Source: a virus | Reading direction: 5' to 3' (one strand) | IMG/VR virus record: IMGVR_UViG_3300045988_136447 | Coordinates: 2,554 to 66,553 of that record | DNA length: 64,000 nucleotides | Part shown: in pieces, positions 56,267 through 64,000 of the stretch | Layout of the letters: the number at the start of each line of letters is the position of its first letter | Numbering within the stretch: position 1 is the stretch's first letter | Translations under genes and position numbers: made by a program | Notes under the pieces: generated by a model | The model's input: the letters and a program-made list of their open reading frames with translations, nothing else | Told to the model about the DNA's origin: nothing | Databases searched by the model: none

Positions 56267-56481
56267 TGAAACTCATCGAATTTAAACTGACACTCGCAGT
56301 CCCGTGTGACGTTGACGTAGAACCCATTAAAGAAGCAAGTATTGGGAATACGATAAGAGACTATGCATCCAACTGTAATATCGAAGAGTGCGGAATTGAG
56401 TTGGCCAGAATGGACAAACCGCAAACGGCATCAGAGCCCAAGGCACAGTCCGGTACCAAACAAGCAAACAAAATGAGGTGA
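56266..56481 (+). CDS. hypothetical small protein (paralogue of 59512..59667)
   Basis: MKLIEFKLTLAVPCDVDVEPIKEAS... versus MKVINFTLTVIVPNDINDPVKPES... Confidence 0.45.
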   Translation: MKLIEFKLTLAVPCDVDVEPIKEASIGNTIRDYASNCNIEECGIELARMDKPQTASEPKAQSGTKQANKMR

Positions 56482-56484
56482 AAG

Positions 56485-56613
56485 ATGAGATTCGAAATCA
56501 CAATGCGCAACTATTTCTGCATCACGGAAGAAGATATTCTCGACGCAATCGTTAAATGTATTGGTGTGGATGAGGACGACATTGAAGTAACTCAGATCGA
56601 TACGTGTGAATAA
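56485..56613 (+). CDS. small acidic protein (42 aa)
   Basis: GAGGTGAAAG RBS. Confidence 0.3.
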   Translation: MRFEITMRNYFCITEEDILDAIVKCIGVDEDDIEVTQIDTCE

Positions 56614-56614
56614 C

Positions 56615-56704
56615 ATGAATGAAATACTCCGATTAATAGGGATCATGGCGATATTGACTGCGTTTATATGGTTAGCCATAGGGGACAATTGGGATGAATA
56701 CTGA
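56615..56704 (+). CDS. tiny TM peptide (29 aa)
   Basis: MNEILRLIGIMAILTAFIWLAIGDNWDEY. Confidence 0.3.
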   Translation: MNEILRLIGIMAILTAFIWLAIGDNWDEY

Positions 56705-57101
56705 CTACACGCTGACGGAAGAGGAAACGGCTAGAGTTGAGGGGGAAGTAGAGAAGGAACGAAACTACTTACAAGCGGTACGCAAGTGTACCGATAAAGA
56801 AATTGAAAAGATGCTGCGGCTCGTCCGTAAACGGGCAGAACAGAACATTATTTACTTTAAATTAAAGAAAAAAGAAGGGGAAGAAAGACTTAGAACTGCG
56901 AGATGTGAAGTAGTGCGAGAATCCTTAGTTGAAGCGATCGACACTACTTTTAAACTTTTGTTTCCTCCGGAAAACCCTGAAAGCAATCGTGTAAAGGTAC
57001 TTAGTGAATCACAGATCAAGTTCCTCGTAGAGCGCACAGCCGCAATCATCACTGCATATGTGCATGAATCTGTAAATAAAACTGAGGAAAACCAGCAATG
57101 A
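56694..57101 (+). CDS. hypothetical protein
   Basis: 135-aa ORF. Confidence 0.45.
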   Translation: MNTDYTLTEEETARVEGEVEKERNYLQAVRKCTDKEIEKMLRLVRKRAEQNIIYFKLKKKEGEERLRTARCEVVRESLVEAIDTTFKLLFPPENPESNRVKVLSESQIKFLVERTAAIITAYVHESVNKTEENQQ

Positions 57102-57184
57102 ACTGGCCACAAGCTACTGTCGATATCGCAACCGGGCTATTCGCCGTTCTTGTGCTTTACATAGTCATGGTTAAAACTAACTAA
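57098..57184 (+). CDS. tiny TM peptide (28 aa)
   Basis: MNWPQATVDIATGLFAVLVLYIVMVKTN; ATGA-coupled. Confidence 0.3.
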   Translation: MNWPQATVDIATGLFAVLVLYIVMVKTN

Positions 57185-57222
57185 CTAAACCAAATACCAA
57201 TAAATCAAGCAGAAAGATCAAC

Positions 57223-57378
57223 ATGAAATATGCGAGCGTCTGTTCGGGAGTGGAGGCGGCCTCCCTCGCGTGGAAGCCGCTCGGATGGGAACCGGTGTGG
57301 TTTTCCGAAATCGAGCCGTTTCCGTGCGAAGTGCTGGCTCAACGCTTCCCCGGAGCGCTGGAAGGAGCGGGAAAATGA
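57223..57378 (+). pseudogene. N-terminal fragment of a C5-cytosine DNA methyltransferase (motif I region), truncated at 51 aa
   Basis: SVCSGVEAASLAWKPLGWEPVWFSEIEPFPCEVLAQRFPG resembles the C5-MTase N-terminus (FSGIGG...WFSEID...); locally GC-rich. Confidence 0.45.
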
Positions 57379-57539
57379 AGTGCGATATTTGTAAAGATGA
57401 CTTTCCGGACGATGAATTGGTGGAAGCTGACATTATGACGTGTGACGATGACGGCAACATTTGTGAAGGCCCCAAATCTAATGTGTGCTACATGTGCCGC
57501 ACACTCATTGTTGCGGTGGGTATCGAAAATCAGAGCTGA
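57375..57539 (+). CDS. small Cys-rich protein
   Basis: MKCDICKDD...CDDDGNIC...CYMC; GGAGCGGGAAAATG RBS. Confidence 0.4.
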   Translation: MKCDICKDDFPDDELVEADIMTCDDDGNICEGPKSNVCYMCRTLIVAVGIENQS

Positions 57540-57674
57540 ATAATTAAAAAGAACAGCGGAATTCGAGGAAACAGAAAAATCTGATTCGACAAATTCCGCT
57601 TGTTCAGCGTTAGATACTGTTAATGTAGCATATTTTGTCAACTTTTCAAGGTTTTACACAGTAGAGGATTTGAA

Positions 57675-58058
57675 ATGAGCGAAGAGAAATGCCAGAAGTG
57701 CTGGAATGGTGAGTATCCACTTTTTATCGAGTGGGACGAATCCATGCAGATGGAGTTCGTTGACGACGAGGAAGAATTGGTGGAGTTTTGCACTTCGCAC
57801 CAGCTTAACCCGCGCGAACTTCAGTATTATGATGCGGTACCCCTGTATGCGTGGGAGGGTGTTCACATCGATACTGAAGAATTGGAAAACGACGACGGAG
57901 AACTGGACGAAGAAGTTCAGGCGCTTATTGATGAGTTCAGACAGAAGCTCCGGACGATAAAACGTCCCATCATACACTGGGCTTCTGATAGGCCGATCAA
58001 AATTTCTGCGTCCCTGTTGGAAGAATGGTATGCAAAAGTGAAGGGTGGTTTAGCATGA
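57675..58058 (+). CDS. hypothetical protein (CxxC N-terminus)
   Basis: 127-aa ORF. Confidence 0.5.
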   Translation: MSEEKCQKCWNGEYPLFIEWDESMQMEFVDDEEELVEFCTSHQLNPRELQYYDAVPLYAWEGVHIDTEELENDDGELDEEVQALIDEFRQKLRTIKRPIIHWASDRPIKISASLLEEWYAKVKGGLA

Positions 58059-58194
58059 ATGAACTTGAATCGGGCGTGCCGCCACTGAAGCTGTGCAGGC
58101 AGATTTCTGGACAGCTTTCCGAACTGTTGAACTGCCCGGTCGTCTGCAAGTACGACGAATCGGAAAATCGAGTGAGCAGCAAAGGAGGTTTGAG

Positions 58195-58431
58195 ATGAGC
58201 GAATGGGATAACTATTGCGATGAAATCGGCGGTGTTTGCAAGGATATGGAAGCGCAGGCCGCCCGGATCGCGGAGCTGGAGGCAGAGAATGAGCGGTTGC
58301 GGAAGGAGCTGAATCTGATCGGCACCAAAGCTGATTTTTGTGCTGATGAATGTGAATACGGTCCAGACGCGACAAGTTTTAGATTGATTGCTGATGACGC
58401 GAAACGTGCGCTGAAAGGAGCGGGAGAATGA
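58195..58431 (+). CDS. small coiled-coil/Cys protein
   Basis: AAAGGAGG RBS; AARIAELEAENERLRKEL. Confidence 0.45.
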   Translation: MSEWDNYCDEIGGVCKDMEAQAARIAELEAENERLRKELNLIGTKADFCADECEYGPDATSFRLIADDAKRALKGAGE

Positions 58432-58913
58432 GCGAAGAATTGAAACCGTGCCGCCGTTGCGGTCTAGATGTGTCTTCAGATGGGATTGAAGTTACACAAA
58501 CCGATACCGGAACATATACGGCAAGATTCGAGTGTCCGGATTGTGGAGAAGTGGCGGAAACGTGTATGAGACATTCTTCCGAAAATTTTGCAATCGCTGA
58601 TGTGATTGATGATTGGAACCGGCGTTGGATTGATCCTGCTCTAACCGCTCGAATCGAGGAGCTGGAAGCAGAGCGCGACCGACTCCGGGAGGCACTGAAA
58701 GAAGTTCTGAACTGTGAAGTTGTAACGGACAATGGAGATTATTCTAAAGGCGGTACTGGATTCGATTGTAATGAAGTAAAAGAAATTATACGCGGGGCGC
58801 TGGAACATGTGGTAAAATTACTTGATCGCCCCATGCTTAAAGTCGATATGTGCTTGTATATGGATAGCGCTATAAGAGTGGCGCGTGAGGCGCTGAAAGG
58901 AGCGGAAGAATGA
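58428..58913 (+). CDS. zinc-ribbon protein with coiled coil
   Basis: CRRCG...CPDCG; ARIEELEAERDRLREAL, a paralogous segment to the upstream gene. Confidence 0.5.
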   Translation: MSEELKPCRRCGLDVSSDGIEVTQTDTGTYTARFECPDCGEVAETCMRHSSENFAIADVIDDWNRRWIDPALTARIEELEAERDRLREALKEVLNCEVVTDNGDYSKGGTGFDCNEVKEIIRGALEHVVKLLDRPMLKVDMCLYMDSAIRVAREALKGAEE

Positions 58914-59245
58914 AATGTCCGAAGTGTAGGTCAGTACGTGTTTCTAAAGAGCGCCGGATCGATGGTAATTACATTTGCATGGACTGCCACCATCGTGGGA
59001 AGCCTGAGGAGTTCCGTCAGAAAACCAACTTTGAAAAGCTGACCGCCAGCCCGGAGGCGCTGGCAGAAGAAATGGTATTTGAATCCATAAAGGGAATATG
59101 GAGATACAGGATCGGCGAGAAAATATCGATGCAGGCTTTTCGAAGTAGAGGGGAAGCAGAACAAGGCGCGGTCGAATATCTCAAGCATAGGTATGAACAG
59201 GGCTGGCTGGACTGGCTGAACAGTCAGGCGAAAAGCGAGAGGTGA
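58910..59245 (+). CDS. zinc-ribbon protein
   Basis: CPKC...CMDC. Confidence 0.5.
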   Translation: MKCPKCRSVRVSKERRIDGNYICMDCHHRGKPEEFRQKTNFEKLTASPEALAEEMVFESIKGIWRYRIGEKISMQAFRSRGEAEQGAVEYLKHRYEQGWLDWLNSQAKSER

Positions 59246-59248
59246 GAA

Positions 59249-59455
59249 ATGAGTTGTGATAAATCAAAAATAACTCCGATGTGCATCAATTGCTCGCGCT
59301 ACAGGGAAAGTATTCTTTATGGCGGTCATGCATCTTGCAACAAGCGAAAGACAATCATTAAAGATGAGTATGCTGTCTGTTCTGATTGGAAATTGTCAGA
59401 ACAAAAGCGTAAAATCGCAATTTTTCAGCAAATGCAGAAAATCGAAGATAAGTAA
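59249..59455 (+). CDS. small Cys-rich protein
   Basis: 68-aa ORF. Confidence 0.45.
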   Translation: MSCDKSKITPMCINCSRYRESILYGGHASCNKRKTIIKDEYAVCSDWKLSEQKRKIAIFQQMQKIEDK

Positions 59456-59511
59456 TACATATAGTGATTTAGCGGTAATACTGGATTCAAAATGTAAAGG
59501 TTATAAATAAA

Positions 59512-59667
59512 ATGAAAGTAATAAATTTTACACTTACAGTGATCGTACCGAATGATATTAACGATCCTGTTAAACCGGAAAGTCTTTTGGAGTGTATGCG
59601 AAACTATGCTGAGGAATTAAACCTTACTGATTGTGCAATTGAAATCAGTCAAGAAAAAGCTAAATGA
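59512..59667 (+). CDS. hypothetical small protein (51 aa), paralogue of 56266..56481
   Basis: Sequence similarity to 56266 ORF; ATGA-coupled to next gene. Confidence 0.4.
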   Translation: MKVINFTLTVIVPNDINDPVKPESLLECMRNYAEELNLTDCAIEISQEKAK

Positions 59668-60068
59668 AACAATACAGTATACACTGTGAATGGGAACATA
59701 AAATGAACGAGTACAAGATTAATGAAATATTTATCCATACTGATGGCAAAGTCTATCAATGCGTAAGGGCTGAAGGCACTTGCGAAGGGTGTGCACTTAG
59801 ATGTGGGTGGGACTGCCCCGGTAGGTCTTGTACCGGGGATGAAAGAAAAGATGGTATCGATGTTAAGTACGTTCTAGTCACGGAGCCCTCCAACGGGATG
59901 CTTTACCGCGCCGGAGACGGGGAAATGTACCAGTTAAAATACAGAGATCCACCATCAGTCGGATGCGCCTGTAATGTTGGCATGTACGGTTGCGGCTGCC
60001 TTGATGATAGGGTGTGTCGTATAGTATTGGAATGGGATCGTTATTGGGGAAATACATTTGATGAGTGA
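59664..60068 (+). CDS. Cys-rich hypothetical protein
   Basis: 134-aa ORF. Confidence 0.5.
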   Translation: MKQYSIHCEWEHKMNEYKINEIFIHTDGKVYQCVRAEGTCEGCALRCGWDCPGRSCTGDERKDGIDVKYVLVTEPSNGMLYRAGDGEMYQLKYRDPPSVGCACNVGMYGCGCLDDRVCRIVLEWDRYWGNTFDE

Positions 60069-60080
60069 TTATTATGATGT

Positions 60081-60311
60081 ATGTTATGCCATGTGGCTTC
60101 GTGGCTTGCCAAGCCCCCTATTGATAGTTATGAATACCTGCACTTGCATTGCGATATGAATGATGAGGCCATTGTCAATCATTTTGAAAAACAGACAAGG
60201 GATGCGGAATTGGATCATTATCAGAAAAAAGAAAGCGAGTATTCAAGAAAGGAGCAAGAATGCGTTGCCCGGATGTTGCGGGATGGTTATGATATAGATG
60301 ATATATTTTGA
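60081..60311 (+). CDS. hypothetical small protein
   Basis: 76-aa ORF. Confidence 0.4.
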   Translation: MLCHVASWLAKPPIDSYEYLHLHCDMNDEAIVNHFEKQTRDAELDHYQKKESEYSRKEQECVARMLRDGYDIDDIF

Positions 60312-60333
60312 CAACTACTTACTATTTTATAAA

Positions 60334-60447
60334 ATGATAGATAGGGACGAGCGGGAGGCATTTATTCTTGTTGGAATTACAATTTTAATTTCAGTAATTA
60401 TTATTGTTTCAATTTGCTATGGGTGTGCGTGTCACGTTGGTTTATGA
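60334..60447 (+). CDS. tiny TM peptide (37 aa, MIDRDEREAFILVGITILISVIIIVSICYGCACHVGL)
   Basis: Paralogue pair with next peptide. Confidence 0.3.
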   Translation: MIDRDEREAFILVGITILISVIIIVSICYGCACHVGL

Positions 60448-60469
60448 CTAAATAAAGAGGTTGAAAGAG

Positions 60470-60583
60470 ATGATAGATGATGAGCATGAAGATGTAAATT
60501 TTTATGGGATTACTATTTTGTTTACGTTTTTCATTGTGGTGGCGCTGGTGGGTTGGTTGCTTTGTCGGATGGATATAAGTTAA
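60470..60583 (+). CDS. tiny TM peptide (37 aa, MIDDEHEDVNFYGITILFTFFIVVALVGWLLCRMDIS)
   Basis: AAGAGG RBS; shares MID.E.E...GITIL with the preceding peptide. Confidence 0.35.
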   Translation: MIDDEHEDVNFYGITILFTFFIVVALVGWLLCRMDIS

Positions 60584-60641
60584 CAATTCTAAAAGTTGGG
60601 GGCGAGTGTGTGTACAACACTAACCCGCCCCCGCCACAAAA

Positions 60642-60700
60642 ACTCGAGCCGATTTGGTGCTCCTAATAGTTAGGGATTCATAACCAAATCGGCTCGATTC
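60642..60700. terminator. long inverted repeat (CGAGCCGATTTGGT ... ACCAAATCGGCTCG) between convergent genes
   Basis: 14-bp arms seen in sequence. Confidence 0.5.
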
Positions 60701-60882
60701 GATTCGATTTTCGATTTTAACTTATTGCTTAATCCCCCGGTTTACTTGCTTCGATATCGTTTATATGCGCTGCCGGATCGCTTGATCCCGGTTTTCGGTT
60801 TTCGTACACCCGGCAACCTGTCCGCTTTCTTGATATAGTGTTTCATACGACCGCCGGGCGGTTGCGCCCGGCCCGATAACGA

Positions 60883-61518
60883 TTACTTGCCAACTTCCGG
60901 GGCGGCCGCTTCCTTGCCGTCCTCCTTACCATCCTCCTTACCGTCCTCCTTACCGGCTTCCGTCTTGGCCTCCGCTCCCTGTTCAGCCTGAATCGGAAAA
61001 TTGACCTGTTCACGCAAGTAGACCAGCGCGGGTGACGGCTCCGGCACCACAGTATACCCATTACGGACGGCGGCAATCAAGGCTTGCGCAATCGTTCTTG
61101 TTGCGGCGATTGCCATGTCCTCCCCTGTTGCGTCACGCATAACCCGGACGCAAGCCCGCGCGAAAGCGTCTACTTCACCGCGGTAGCCTGTGAATGTAAA
61201 ACCCTCGCAACAGACAAGCCGCGCTGCAACTTCGGCCATGGTAAGGGCCTGTGGCTTATTGGCCGCCTTGACCTTTTCAAGCGCCTTAGTAGCGGCCTGA
61301 ACGGTTGCGGAAGCCGTCATAATCTTTTCAACGTCACCGGAAGCGGCAATTGTGCGAAGATTGTTTGTAGCCTCCTCCAAAGCCGCCTCAGCTGCCTTAA
61401 CGACGGGCGAAACGGCGGGTCTTGCCAGTTCCGCAATCATGCGGCTATAGGCCGTTTCCGGCAAGACTTCAATGCCTTCCTTGGCGATTTTCTCGTTGAT
61501 CTCTTTCATGATATCCAC
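60883..61518 (-). CDS. GC-rich Ala-rich protein with C-terminal KEDG x3 repeats
   Basis: 211-aa ORF; local GC about 58%. Confidence 0.5.
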   Translation of the reverse strand: MDIMKEINEKIAKEGIEVLPETAYSRMIAELARPAVSPVVKAAEAALEEATNNLRTIAASGDVEKIMTASATVQAATKALEKVKAANKPQALTMAEVAARLVCCEGFTFTGYRGEVDAFARACVRVMRDATGEDMAIAATRTIAQALIAAVRNGYTVVPEPSPALVYLREQVNFPIQAEQGAEAKTEAGKEDGKEDGKEDGKEAAAPEVGK

Positions 61519-61576
61519 CTTTCGTTAGTTTTGGCGGCCGCTATGGACGCCTGTTACTGTATTCACCTTATTTTAA

Positions 61577-61933
61577 TTAATCACGATTGCAATAATTAAG
61601 TTTATAGACTTTTACAACTGCTCCGCTATCGTCCTCAATATCATAACTGAAAAACATTTCACAAAATCCGTATACTTCATTAGAAGATACATTATTCAGG
61701 CTGCAATGTGAAATAGTGTGTACCGTAACGAAATTATCACAAAACACCAATTCACAGTCTATAATCGAAAGCGTATGATCAATAAACGAATGCTTTTTGG
61801 CGTGCCGCCTAACCAAATCGTAAATACGTGCTTCCGTATCAAGTTTATTGCTTTTCAATTCTTTAATACGATTGCGGATTCCTTTTCCGTATACGCTTCT
61901 GCTAAAATCGCTGGTAATGTACTTAATGTTCAT
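61577..61933 (-). CDS. hypothetical protein
   Basis: 118-aa ORF. Confidence 0.45.
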   Translation of the reverse strand: MNIKYITSDFSRSVYGKGIRNRIKELKSNKLDTEARIYDLVRRHAKKHSFIDHTLSIIDCELVFCDNFVTVHTISHCSLNNVSSNEVYGFCEMFFSYDIEDDSGAVVKVYKLNYCNRD

Positions 61934-61989
61934 GATTACGCCTCCCTTGCTAGTTGTAACCTTTCATTGGTTTTGGCGGCAAGTTAAAC

Positions 61990-62301
61990 TCAACGTATAA
62001 ATCCCGGCACTGACACAATTTGTCCGTTAACATATACAGCGTCCGGGTGACCATACGCCGGACAAACAAGGTCAGCACGTTGCGGCTCGGCCGTTTTCAC
62101 AATTTCCGCCACAATATAAATTGTGTTTTGAGAGGCGACAGGGAGATTTACCACCTCATGCTTGATAGTCGCGATGCCATTCGAATCGAAGCCTGTGCAT
62201 GTAGCAGTTCTACGCGCAATGATTCCGGACGGCGGAAAGACCCTGCCGTCATTTAGCCGCACTTCATATGCCGTACAATTGACAAACTTTATAGTGTTCA
62301 T
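61990..62301 (-). CDS. hypothetical protein
   Basis: 103-aa ORF. Confidence 0.45.
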   Translation of the reverse strand: MNTIKFVNCTAYEVRLNDGRVFPPSGIIARRTATCTGFDSNGIATIKHEVVNLPVASQNTIYIVAEIVKTAEPQRADLVCPAYGHPDAVYVNGQIVSVPGFIR

Positions 62302-62546
62302 GATTGCGCCTCCTTGTGTTGTGTTTTCCTGTTACAGTATATAACATACATGCTTTTCAGAACAATTCAAGCATGTTTTCAAAGAATTTTTAACTTATTT
62401 TTCGATAACAGAAAAATTCAATTATTTTCACGGTTTATTGCAATTCTAACTTGACTTTACGGGAAATATGTGCTATCGCGCGCACGTACATTATATAGGG
62501 CGGCGGCCGGGCGAATTTAGTTCAGGAATTGGCGATCAAAGAGTTT

Positions 62547-62612
62547 ATAATTAGGATTTCCTGATAATTAGGATTTCCTGATAATTAGGATTTCCTGATA
62601 ATTAGGATTCCG
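62547..62612. repeat. 17-bp tandem repeat ATAATTAGGATTTCCTG, about 3.8 copies
   Basis: Perfect tandem copies seen directly. Confidence 0.9.
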
Positions 62613-62662
62613 GAAGCAGCCGCCCCGGGCTGGGATTGCGTAATCATATGTATATGGATTAT

Positions 62663-62873
62663 TTTATATGCATCGGCATCCAAGTTTTGATTTTATATGC
62701 ATCGGCATCCGATAATGATATTTGTGTTCATCGGCATCTGGTATTGATATTGATATCAATAGCGGTATTTAAGTTAACGGAATAGCACAAATCGCTCATT
62801 TTATGATTTTATAGGGATGGCGGCCTATGGTACTGAAATGATACCATGGTTCAATTTTATATGCATCGGCATC
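62663..62873. repeat. 3 copies of TTTTATATGCATCGGCATC (62663, 62691, 62855) plus a CATCGGCATC variant at 62729 and the palindrome TTGATATCAA
   Basis: Seen directly; same CATCGGCATC core as in gene 1987..2547. Confidence 0.85.
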
Positions 62874-63542
62874 TAAGTTATGACTGGATGTCGTGTTTTA
62901 TACCAAATAACACAAATGTATTTAGGCTTTCCGGCGGGATAATATCACAAAATGCAATGTGGTTATGGTGATTTTGTGCTACTTTTTATGATTTGCTATT
63001 GAAATTTCCGGGAAGAGCGCGTATATTTATATGTTGAGGGGGCGGAATAGTGATTAGCGTAAACTATTTGCAATGATGTAGATACAAAAGTATAGGCGGC
63101 GGCATATGATGTACGATTTCCGTAAAAGATTATGATTGTGCGGGCGTCGGACGAATGGTGATTTCGTGCTATTTATTTATCACATTTTATAATCCCAAAT
63201 AGCATATAATCATTACCAAAGATGGCAAACGCTACCGCTCAGAAACATGTTTCTAAGTTAATAAAGGTACTTTATAAATTAACTTTACAAAGTATCCATG
63301 GTATCGAAATAGTACCATAAACGGCACGCGCAATAGCACAAAACAATCACCAGCCCGCCCCCGTCTGGCTATGGATTCCGGCTAGCTATGGATGCCCCCA
63401 TAAAGATTACGTATTGATTACGTCCCGCCTGATTATGGCTTCCACAATAGCACAAATCGCTCATCCGGCCAGGTACGTTGATGCCGGATTTCGCCTCAAC
63501 TGCCTTTGCAGAAAGTTAACGATAATAGCACAAAACGCTCAT
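62781..63542. repeat. dispersed AATAGCACAAA(A/T)CGCTCAT motif family: direct copies at 62781, 63332, 63446, 63524; inverted copies at 62968, 63157
   Basis: Seen directly; three copies identical over 19 nt. Confidence 0.8.
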
Positions 63543-63656
63543 CAACGCCGTAAACGATCTGTATTGATTATCGGGTTTATTTCCCGGACGGAAGGGGACT
63601 TACCGTTTGTAAAGTAAATTGATTTACAGGGGGCGCGCGGGCTAACAACCCTTAAA

Positions 63657-64000
63657 TTTTCAACGGAAACGGCTCTCTGACGCGACTTAGCATATTGCCG
63701 GTAAATTATGCGCCCGGGCCGACGAGCGAAGCGAGGAGGCCGTTTGCGTTGAATTTTACGGCATTCTAACATAACTCGAAAAGAGCGGCCGCAAGGACGC
63801 GAATTTTCGAATAAGCGGAAACGAGACAGTATCGATTTTTTCAACGGAAATGGCTTTCTCATGCGACTTGTTACATTGCCGGTAAATTATGCGCCCGGGC
63901 CGACGAGCGAAGCGAGGAGGCCGTTTGCGTTGAATTTTACGGCATTCTAACATAACTCGAAAAGAGCGGCCGCAAGGACGCGAATTTTCGAATAAGCGGA
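63657..64000. repeat. about 181-bp tandem direct repeat (at least 1.9 copies, truncated by window end)
   Basis: Copy 1 63657-63837 and copy 2 63837-64000 nearly identical. Confidence 0.85.

Noticed and set aside
62547-64000. Possible CRISPR array (regular direct repeats)
   Set aside because: The 17-bp units are perfectly tandem with no spacers. The 181-bp units are far longer than CRISPR repeats. No cas genes are present.

Overview
The window reads as a nearly complete genome of a tailed dsDNA phage with siphovirus-like gene order. It is low GC (about 40%) with several GC-rich (about 60%) islands. The host is probably Gram-negative, judging from a lipobox lipoprotein, a Dam-like methyltransferase and LPS-heptosyltransferase-like folds.

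Gene layout:
- 1 to 26.4 kb, plus strand: an early DNA-metabolism arm. It holds an SNF2 helicase, a CHC2/TOPRIM primase, a DnaQ-like exonuclease, a DnaC-like ATPase, a DnaB-like helicase, a family A DNA polymerase split into exonuclease and polymerase ORFs, a Dam methyltransferase, a gamma/tau-like clamp loader, an ATP-dependent DNA ligase, an acidic-tailed SSB-like protein, a FEN-type 5'-3' exonuclease, a RuvC-like resolvase, and Rad50/SbcC with Mre11/SbcD.
- 26.4 to 53.7 kb, minus strand: a long late operon. From its start it runs terminase, portal, scaffold, major capsid, head-tail and tail genes, a 1301-aa tape measure, distal tail and fibre genes, then a GC-rich host-range cassette, glycosyltransferase and methyltransferase genes, and small membrane proteins.
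- 53.7 kb onward, plus strand: divergent sigma70-like promoters, two tRNA genes (Thr-UGU and Gln-UUG), then dUTPase and many small genes. Several of these are Cys-rich or tiny single-TM peptides.
- 62.35 to 64.0 kb: a non-coding region packed with several distinct repeat families.

Most notable:
- A Rad50 homologue split at its zinc hook, with the Mre11 gene sitting between the two halves.
- A split PolA next to a clamp loader.
- Two GT9-like glycosyltransferase genes plus a SAM methyltransferase.
- A GC-rich island fused onto the tail-fibre 3' end, with an adjacent lipoprotein.
- A CATCGGCATC motif shared between a DADAH-repeat protein gene and the terminal repeat array.
- Multiple tandem pairs of tiny transmembrane peptide genes.

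All functional calls rest on motif recognition by eye. No database searches were run.
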